The notes beneath the pieces are model-generated. The model made no database searches. It was given only the letters and a program-made list of their open reading frames with translations, and was not told where the DNA came from. From IMG/VR virus record IMGVR_UViG_3300045988_164504: DNA of 32,030 nucleotides, one strand, 5' to 3'. Made by a program: the position numbers and the translations under genes. The stretch is from a virus. Numbering within the stretch: the first letter of the stretch is position 1; each line of letters starts with the position of its first letter. Shown here piece after piece: positions 26,428 to 32,030 of this stretch.

Positions 26428-28170
26428 ATGAAAAATAAAAAATTTGATATTTTAGTTAATTTTGAAAAAAGTGATAGTATAACATCTGATGAAATAAAAA
26501 TTGTAAAAGGTGATTATAATTCAATTGAATTTAATTTTCAATTAAGTAAAACAGATTTTTCAAAAGCAATGTTTTATATGGTGAAGCCTAGTGGCTTACA
26601 TTTTGTAAGTGAGATAAAAAATAATAAAGTAACATTTGAAAAAAATATGGCTTTTAATGAAGTAGGTAAGTATTTATTTAGTGTTGCATTATATGGTAGT
26701 GATAGTAGATTGACAAATACTGCAAAAGGAAATATATCGGTTGTAGATGGTCAATTAGATATGGATGATGAAGTTGTTCAAGAAGAAAATTATCAAATAT
26801 TAGATAGTTTAATAACAGAGGTTATATCTTTAAAAGAAGAAATTGAAACTACACTTGCAACAATGGATGGTGTATTTAAAGATGTGTCGTATAATGCTAC
26901 AAATGGTGTATTGACCTTTACAAAAAAAGACAATTCTACTGTAAAAATCGATTTACCACTAGAATTGTTAATAAAAAGTGGTCATTATGATAGTAGTACC
27001 GAAAATTTAGTATTGGTATTAGCGAATAATGACACAATAAAAATACCTGTTGCAGAACTGGTTAATGAATATTATGCCGATGGTACAACATTAGAGTTAA
27101 AAACCGTTAATGGAAAACTTACTTTTAATGTAAAAAATGGTGTTTATCAGGAAAAAGTAAGTGGCAAGGGATTAAGTACGAATGATTTTACTGATGATTA
27201 TAAAAATAAGGTTAATAGTAATACTTCTAACAGGCATACACATACAAATAAGTCTGTTTTAGATGGTACAACTGCGAGTTTTACAACTGCCGATAAAAGT
27301 AATTTAGATAGCAATACTACTAATAGACACTCACATAGCAATAAATCTATTTTAGATGGCATTACTGCTTCATTTACTACTGCATATAAGAATATATTAG
27401 ATAATATTAAAACAATCGCCACAGGTGGTAAATTTGAGGATTTAACCAATAAATCTGTTGCTGGTTATCATAATTCTATTTTTAGAGGTAAAAATGTAAC
27501 GAGTTATTTAACTGATGGTTCATTATTTACTAGAATTTCAAATGGTAGTTTTGAAGATTTATTTGTAGGTGATTATATCGTAAAAAACAATATCACTTGG
27601 CGAATTGCAGGTTTTGATGTATACTTACATAAGGGGGACACCGAATTAACGAAGCATCATGCAATAATTGTTCCTGATAAGCACTTGACAACTGCACAGA
27701 TGAATTCTAGTAATACAACTGTTGGTGGTTATGTTGCTAGTTCGATGTATACAAATACATTACCTAGCATATTAGATACTTATATAACTCCTGTATTTGG
27801 TAGTCATGTAATAGAAATTAGAAATTTACTTACAAAAGGTATCAATGCAACAGGATATAATAGATATGGAATAAATAGTGGCTGTTCTAATGACTGGGCA
27901 TGGTATAGTAGAAAAGTTGATTTAATGAATGAAGTTCAAGTCTTTGGTTCTATTGTTTGGTCATCTAGTGGATATGAAACTGGTAGTGATAATTGTCAAT
28001 TACCATTATTTAGATTAGCACCTGAATTTATTACAAATAGGTCTTATTGGTATTGGTTAAGAAATATTACAAATGCTTCCTGTTTCGCTCTTGTCGGCAC
28101 CAATGGTAGTAGCGCCGACACCAATGCTGCTGCTACTGGTGGTGTTCGCCCCTGCTTTTATATCGACTAA
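26428..28170 (+). CDS. Receptor-binding tail fibre; DGR target protein with C-terminal variable region
   Basis: 580 aa. Tandem 31-aa NRHxHxNKSxLDGxTASFTTA repeats. C-terminus ...WYWLRNITNASCFALVGTNGSSADTNAAATGGVRPCFYID contains VR. Confidence 0.85.
   Translation: MKNKKFDILVNFEKSDSITSDEIKIVKGDYNSIEFNFQLSKTDFSKAMFYMVKPSGLHFVSEIKNNKVTFEKNMAFNEVGKYLFSVALYGSDSRLTNTAKGNISVVDGQLDMDDEVVQEENYQILDSLITEVISLKEEIETTLATMDGVFKDVSYNATNGVLTFTKKDNSTVKIDLPLELLIKSGHYDSSTENLVLVLANNDTIKIPVAELVNEYYADGTTLELKTVNGKLTFNVKNGVYQEKVSGKGLSTNDFTDDYKNKVNSNTSNRHTHTNKSVLDGTTASFTTADKSNLDSNTTNRHSHSNKSILDGITASFTTAYKNILDNIKTIATGGKFEDLTNKSVAGYHNSIFRGKNVTSYLTDGSLFTRISNGSFEDLFVGDYIVKNNITWRIAGFDVYLHKGDTELTKHHAIIVPDKHLTTAQMNSSNTTVGGYVASSMYTNTLPSILDTYITPVFGSHVIEIRNLLTKGINATGYNRYGINSGCSNDWAWYSRKVDLMNEVQVFGSIVWSSSGYETGSDNCQLPLFRLAPEFITNRSYWYWLRNITNASCFALVGTNGSSADTNAAATGGVRPCFYID
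28075..28160 (+). repeat. DGR variable region (VR)
   Basis: 86 bp. Gap-free alignment to 28792..28877 with 12 mismatches, 11 of them at TR adenines. Confidence 0.9.
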
Positions 28171-28180
28171 TCTTTAATCA

Positions 28181-28197
28181 CACCCCCTTGTGGGGTG
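28181..28197 (+). promoter_or_regulatory. GC-rich hairpin just 3' of VR (CACCCC-CTTGT-GGGGTG)
   Basis: 6-bp almost all-GC stem 21 nt after the VR end. Unique GC island in AT-rich DNA. Confidence 0.5.
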
Positions 28198-28226
28198 GGT
28201 TAAAGATGTCGAGGGAGGAATTGATA

Positions 28227-28775
28227 ATGAGTGTATTGAAAAGAAAAAGAAACATATCAAAAATGGAATTTTATCATAATGCTATAAAATTAAGGCTTAT
28301 GATAACCGAATTTCTTTTAAAAGATTTTGGAATAAAATCGAGAAGAAGAAATTTAGATTTTGCAAAAGATGTATATGATATGACTGATACTGATGTTTCT
28401 GAAATTGAAGAAATATTGTCAGCATACGATATAAAAAATAGTTTCATTGACAATTTTCCAAGTTGGCTAATAGATAAAGAAAGAGATTACTTCATGGATT
28501 TATTGAGGGAATTAATGAAAAATATTTGTTCAGCAAATACAATTCATATAACCAATAAAGAAGAATACTATATGCGAAGAAACTATCAAACACAAGCGAT
28601 TTGTAATTGCGAAAATCTTCTTCAAGAGATGCAATATATAATTTGTGTATGCCATCCGAATGTGGAAAAATACATGGTGTATGTTGATATCATTGAAAAG
28701 GAAATTGTGTTATTAAAAGGTTGGCGAAAATCAGATAATAAAATATTTAAAGAATTAGATAAAGAAAAAGGGTAA
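28227..28775 (+). CDS. avd: DGR accessory variability determinant (Avd)-like helical protein
   Basis: Lies between VR and TR. Predicted helical and basic. GGGAGG is 8 nt before ATG 28227 (the track starts at TTG 28188). About 182 aa, longer than classical Avd. Confidence 0.6.
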   Translation: MSVLKRKRNISKMEFYHNAIKLRLMITEFLLKDFGIKSRRRNLDFAKDVYDMTDTDVSEIEEILSAYDIKNSFIDNFPSWLIDKERDYFMDLLRELMKNICSANTIHITNKEEYYMRRNYQTQAICNCENLLQEMQYIICVCHPNVEKYMVYVDIIEKEIVLLKGWRKSDNKIFKELDKEKG

Positions 28776-28791
28776 AGTTTGTATTTACTGG

Positions 28792-28877
28792 GCTTCCTGT
28801 TTCGCTAATGTCAACAACAATGGTAATAGCAACAACAACAATGCTTCTGCTACTGGTGGTGTTCGCCCCTGATTTTA
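28792..28877 (+). repeat. DGR template repeat (TR), non-coding
   Basis: In the VR frame it reads AAT GTC AAC AAC AAT GGT AAT AGC AAC AAC AAC AAT. It holds 22 adenines and nine AAY codons, and lies 121 nt upstream of the RT gene. Confidence 0.9.
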
Positions 28878-28997
28878 ACTCGCACAATGATTAGGTTAAG
28901 TACCGTTGCGATAATTAAAAGGAAACTTTATCCTGTCCGAAAGGCAAATGGATATTTTGATACTCTTTGATAAGTCAATTAGAGTTAGGAACAAAAT

Positions 28998-30137
28998 ATG
29001 ATAAATAAGATAAGTAATGCCAATGTTTTAATGAATAGTTTTTACGAAGCCAAAAAAGGTTGTAGTTGGAAAAATAGTGTTCAACAATATGAAGCCAATT
29101 TTTTGAAAAATATTAGACACACACAGTTAGAATTAAGAGAAAAAACATATAGACAACAAGATTTTTATTGCTTTTATCTTAAAGAAAGAGGAAAAGATAG
29201 ATATGTTCGCTCCATAAGTTTCTATGATAGAGTTGTACAAAGGGCTTTGTGCGATTTAGTTAATCCCATAGTTGAACCATATTTAATACATGATAATGGT
29301 GCAAGTGTGAAGAAAAAAGGAATTGATTTTGCTAGAAGAAGAATAGAAAATCATTTGCATAAATATTATAGAAAATATGGGAATAAAGGATATGCACTCG
29401 TTATTGATTTCAGTAAGTTTTATGATAATATACTTCATAAACCTTTAATGGATATGTACAGAGAGATTATTGATGATAAAGATATTATTAATTTAATAAA
29501 TCATTTAGTTGATAGTTTCTCTGTTGATATATCCAATTATAATATTACGGAAAATGAATTATTTGACTCACTTGCTTATGCTAAGGCAGAAACTGAAAAA
29601 ACAGGTGAAAAAATGATGCATAAATCATTAGGTATAGGAAGTCAAATATCTCAAATATCAGGAATTTATTATCCAAGTAAGATGGATAATTATTGTAAAA
29701 TTGTTAAGGGTATTAAATTCTATGGAAGATATATGGATGATACCTATATAATTGGAAATAGTAAAGAAGAATTAAAATCTTTATTGGATGATATTGATAA
29801 AATCTGTAAAAAACAAGGAATTTTTATAAATCATAAGAAAACACAATTATTTAGGTTAGATAAGGGTTTTACCTTTTTAAAAATAAAATATAGATTAACA
29901 GATACTGGGCATTTAGTAAGAATACCTGTGAAAAAGAATTTTATCAGAGAAAGAAGAAAACTAAAAAGTTTTAAAAATCTATTAGATAAAGGGTTGATTG
30001 ATTTTCATGATATTGAGGAACAATATAAATCTTGGAAAGGTAATATTCAAAAATATGATTGTTATAAAAGTCTAAAAAATTTAGACAAAGTATTCAATGA
30101 TTTGTTTTTAAATAATAATTCACAAAATTCACATTAA
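28998..30137 (+). CDS. DGR reverse transcriptase
   Basis: 379 aa. FYDRVVQRAL, IDFSKFYDNILH, LGIGSQISQISG (DGR-type SQ motif), GRYMDDTYIIG (YxDD). Confidence 0.9.
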   Translation: MINKISNANVLMNSFYEAKKGCSWKNSVQQYEANFLKNIRHTQLELREKTYRQQDFYCFYLKERGKDRYVRSISFYDRVVQRALCDLVNPIVEPYLIHDNGASVKKKGIDFARRRIENHLHKYYRKYGNKGYALVIDFSKFYDNILHKPLMDMYREIIDDKDIINLINHLVDSFSVDISNYNITENELFDSLAYAKAETEKTGEKMMHKSLGIGSQISQISGIYYPSKMDNYCKIVKGIKFYGRYMDDTYIIGNSKEELKSLLDDIDKICKKQGIFINHKKTQLFRLDKGFTFLKIKYRLTDTGHLVRIPVKKNFIRERRKLKSFKNLLDKGLIDFHDIEEQYKSWKGNIQKYDCYKSLKNLDKVFNDLFLNNNSQNSH

Positions 30138-30192
30138 ATTGATGATATAATGTATATAGAGAATAAGGCAACAAAAAATAGTTGTCTTTTTT
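30119..30192 (+). promoter_or_regulatory. Late element C: TTCACA-N3-TTCACA-N9-TGATATAATGTAT plus terminator, in front of the lysis cassette
   Basis: TTCACA at 30119 and 30128, overlapping the RT stop at 30135..30137. TATAAT at 30146..30151. Hairpin AGGCAAC-N8-GTTGTCT at 30166..30187, then T6. Confidence 0.6.
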
Positions 30193-30220
30193 CGTATGTA
30201 TGAAAGAGGGGAGGAGCAGA

Positions 30221-30505
30221 ATGGAAGATAAATACATAGAAAAAATACAAGAAATTGCTGATAGGTCTAAATCTAATACCAAGCGACTGGATGAACACGA
30301 TAAAAAGTTAGATGAATTGGAAAAAACATATTCAATAATGGAAAAGATGAACTATCGAATGGGAAAAGTTGAAAGTGCAGTAGAAAGAATAGATACTAAA
30401 TTACAAAGTAGTGATAAAAGCAAAGGAATGAAATGGGATAAATTGGTAGATTATTTATTTTATGCCATCCTTGCTTATGCATTATTTAAATTAGGATTAA
30501 AATAG
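30221..30505 (+). CDS. xhlA: XhlA-like lysis-associated membrane protein
   Basis: About 94 aa. N-terminal coiled coil (RLDEHDKKLDELEKTYS ... VESAVERID) plus a C-terminal TM segment (LVDYLFYAILAYALFKLGL). GGGGAGGAG precedes ATG 30221. Confidence 0.6.
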   Translation: MEDKYIEKIQEIADRSKSNTKRLDEHDKKLDELEKTYSIMEKMNYRMGKVESAVERIDTKLQSSDKSKGMKWDKLVDYLFYAILAYALFKLGLK

Positions 30506-30517
30506 GAGGAATGAGAT

Positions 30518-30796
30518 ATGGAACAATTTCTTACATGGGATGTTTTAAAAACTTATGCTAGTTTTGTATCAATTGTATTTATGGTAGTAGAATTTACGAA
30601 AGAATTAAAATTTGTTAAGAAAATTCCAACAAAATATTGGAGTTTTTTTATATCATTTGTTCTTTTAGTTATAACAAATATTGTTATGAATAGTTTTTGT
30701 TTTATTGATATATTTTTATATCTTTTAACATCAATTTCCATTAGTTTAGGTTCTAATGGATTAAGTAATTTTAATGCAAAAAACGAGAAAAAATAA
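30518..30796 (+). CDS. Holin (three predicted TM segments)
   Basis: 92 aa. Hydrophobic segments with a charged C-terminus (NAKNEKK). AGGAGG upstream. Lysis-cassette position. Confidence 0.65.
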   Translation: MEQFLTWDVLKTYASFVSIVFMVVEFTKELKFVKKIPTKYWSFFISFVLLVITNIVMNSFCFIDIFLYLLTSISISLGSNGLSNFNAKNEKK

Positions 30797-30809
30797 AATT
30801 CTCGTTTTT
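30779..30809 (+). terminator. Hairpin AAAAACGAGAA-N9-TTCTCGTTTTT overlapping the holin stop
   Basis: 11-bp stem with a flanking A-run and T-run, so potentially bidirectional. Located between the holin and the endolysin. Confidence 0.5.
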
Positions 30810-30841
30810 TATAAAATTTTCTTCAAAAGGAGGTCAAGATT

Positions 30842-30997
30842 ATGGAAGAAAAAGAAGTATTAACAGAAGAAGTTCAAGAAGAAATGGAAGTACAAGACAC
30901 TTTTAATACTGATGCATTGGATGTGTTAGTAAATGGTGAAGATTGTACAATCGAAAATCAAGAGGAGGTGAGTGAAGATGGAAATGAGAACAAGTAA
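30842..30997 (+). CDS. Unlisted 51-aa highly acidic mini-protein (MEEKEVLTEEVQEEMEVQD...)
   Basis: Below the track cutoff. AGGAGG 7 nt upstream of ATG 30842. Overlaps the endolysin start by about 20 nt. Confidence 0.4.
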   Translation: MEEKEVLTEEVQEEMEVQDTFNTDALDVLVNGEDCTIENQEEVSEDGNENK

Positions 30998-31829
30998 ACC
31001 ATCAGCAGGTAATAAATTTTATAATACTACTTCAAGAGGTGGTTATAGTCAATGTATACAAGGTAGTCCAACAGATGCAGGTTGTAATGTACTTGCTAAC
31101 TGTGTAGGCTATGCCTGTGGTCGTTTTAATGAAATTATAGGTAGCATGAAGTATCCTTATTTAAACTGTAATGCTGAAAATTTTATTGAAAGGGCAAAAA
31201 AATGTGGTTTAACCGTTGTATCATATCCAACATTAGGTGGTATTATGGTATGGCAAAAAGGTGCTACATTAAGTGGAAATGATGGTGCAGGTCATGTTGC
31301 AGTAGTTGAAAGAATAGATGGTGCAAATAAAATACTTACATCAGAAAGTGGTTATGGTTCAAGAACTGCATTTTGGAATAGTGTAAGAACTAATTCAAAT
31401 GGTAGATGGGGCTTAGGTAGTGGTTATACTTTTAGAGGATGCATTGTCAATCCTGCTATTGGTGATGTTCATTATGTAGAACCAGTTCCAACACCAACAC
31501 CAAGTAAGTCTAATGAAGAAATTGCAAATGAAGTTATTCAAGGCAAATGGGGAAACAATCCTGAAAGAAAACAAAGATTAACAGATGCTGGATATGATTA
31601 TAATGCAATTCAAGAAATAGTTAATAATAAGATGGCAAGTAATACACCTGCTTCAAATAGTTCAAATGATGAGTTATTAACATTAGTAAAGAAAACAATC
31701 AGAGGTGATTTTGGAAATGGTGCTGATAGAAGAAAAGCATTAGGTTCAAATTACGATGAAGTTCAAAGACAGGTTAATTTAAATTTACAGAATGGATTAA
31801 CTCGTTGGGATAATATTAAATTATTTTAA
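30978..31829 (+). CDS. Endolysin: N-terminal CHAP amidase/peptidase plus two C-terminal CW_7 (Cpl-7-type) wall-binding repeats
   Basis: CHAP Cys/His context (NCVGYACGRF ... GHVAVVERI). Repeats VIQGKWGNNPERKQRLTDAGYDYNAIQEIVN and TIRGDFGNGADRRKALGSNYDEVQRQVN. The track starts at GTG 30972. Confidence 0.85.
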   Translation: MEMRTSKPSAGNKFYNTTSRGGYSQCIQGSPTDAGCNVLANCVGYACGRFNEIIGSMKYPYLNCNAENFIERAKKCGLTVVSYPTLGGIMVWQKGATLSGNDGAGHVAVVERIDGANKILTSESGYGSRTAFWNSVRTNSNGRWGLGSGYTFRGCIVNPAIGDVHYVEPVPTPTPSKSNEEIANEVIQGKWGNNPERKQRLTDAGYDYNAIQEIVNNKMASNTPASNSSNDELLTLVKKTIRGDFGNGADRRKALGSNYDEVQRQVNLNLQNGLTRWDNIKLF

Positions 31830-31839
31830 TGAAAATATA

Positions 31840-31872
31840 AAGGTAAGGACAATGATTTCCTTACCTTTTTTT
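31840..31872 (+). terminator. Intrinsic terminator ending the late/lysis operon
   Basis: AAGGTAAGG-N10-CCTTACCTT, then a T-run. Confidence 0.8.
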
Positions 31873-31913
31873 ATTGCACTAAAACACGGTTAGTATATGG
31901 AAAAAATCATTTA

Positions 31914-31935
31914 GTAGGCAACAGGTAGGCAACAA
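31914..31935 (+). repeat. Two tandem GTAGGCAACA(G/A) repeats; putative integrase arm-type sites (P arm)
   Basis: Same 10-mer and orientation as 102..134. Located 40 bp before the right 55-bp repeat. Confidence 0.5.
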
Positions 31936-31975
31936 AAGTCGTTTTTTTCCTTTAAAACTGGACTACCTCAATTCT

Positions 31976-32030
31976 GTAAACGATAGATTGCGTACCACAG
32001 TTTTACCTCATAAACTCAATGTTTATGGGG
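31976..32030. repeat. 55-bp direct repeat, copy 2 (identical to 1..55); attR core or assembly overlap
   Basis: Exact identity to 1..55. Confidence 0.95.

Noticed and set aside
28870-28872. In-frame TGA in TR as evidence for an alternative genetic code
   Set aside because: TR is non-coding, and TGA terminates several confident genes here (for example at 3403..3405 and 4380..4382). The standard bacterial code applies.
28878-28997. Relatively GC-rich TR-RT spacer as a possible tRNA or other RNA gene
   Set aside because: There is no cloverleaf, no GTTCRA T-loop and no acceptor-stem pairing. Its position matches the DGR spacer RNA that is co-transcribed with TR. No tRNA-like sequence was seen anywhere in the window.
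28998-30137. Reverse transcriptase as a retron, group II intron or Abi-type defence RT
   Set aside because: There is no intron RNA domain structure or maturase/endonuclease extension, and no msr/msd-like inverted repeats. An adenine-mismatched VR/TR pair and the SQ motif point specifically to a DGR.
19564-30741. Antisense or alternate-frame ORFs 19564..19782, 20010..20237, 25140..25325 (+, alternate frame), 25417..25599, 25606..25794, 25752..25976, 27198..27449, 30094..30282 and 30553..30741
   Set aside because: They are nested in structural, RT or holin genes. ORF 27198..27449 simply mirrors the tandem fibre repeat. ORF 30094..30282 runs across late element C.
1-32030. The 55-bp terminal repeats as physical direct terminal repeats of the virion DNA
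   Set aside because: The genome has an HNH-terS-terL cos-type packaging module with a candidate cos near 11.1 kb. The repeats flank int and the arm-type sites. An att core or an assembly overlap fits better than packaging termini.

Overview
The window is one complete, AT-rich temperate siphovirus-type genome with an HK97-like head and a long non-contractile tail. AGGAGG ribosome-binding sites, an XhlA-type lysis gene, CW_7 wall-binding repeats and an ArpU/RinA-type late regulator point to a low-GC Gram-positive host. TGA is used as a stop codon, so this is the standard code. The window starts and ends with the same 55-bp sequence (1..55 = 31976..32030), giving 31,975 bp of unique sequence. 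That repeat lies centrally between two clusters of GTAGGCAACA repeats next to the integrase, which looks like an att core with arm-type sites.

Gene order, left to right:
- Lysogeny module on the minus strand: tyrosine integrase, a small membrane ORF, and an XRE-S24 CI/LexA-like repressor.
- Divergent promoter/operator region, then a Cro-like HTH and an Xis-like HTH.
- Replisome organizer with internal iteron-like repeats, then a sigma-region-4/ArpU-like late regulator.
- About 25 small early ORFs, including a MazG-like gene, a minimal second tyrosine recombinase and zinc-ribbon proteins.
- HNH endonuclease, terS (P27 family), terL, portal, prohead protease and major capsid.
- Connector and tail-completion genes, major tail protein, tail chaperone with a -1 frameshift, tape measure, Dit, Tal and two fibre/receptor-binding proteins.
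- A complete diversity-generating retroelement (DGR), then the lysis cassette: XhlA-like protein, holin, and a CHAP endolysin with two CW_7 repeats.

The main finding is the DGR, in the order VR, Avd-like ORF, TR, RT. VR is the C-terminal end of the 580-aa fibre. VR and TR are 86 bp and differ at 12 positions, 11 of which are TR adenines, mostly in AAY codons.

Secondary signals not explained by genes:
- Three copies of a conserved late element (TTCACA-N3-TTCACA-N9-TGaTATAATGTAT followed by an intrinsic terminator) sit in front of the packaging, morphogenesis and lysis modules.
- A 26-nt inverted repeat (25/26 identical) brackets the immunity module. Its left copy lies inside a promoter-to-terminator unit that could be a small RNA.

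No tRNA, rRNA or CRISPR array was found. All functional calls rest on motifs read by eye; no database search was run.
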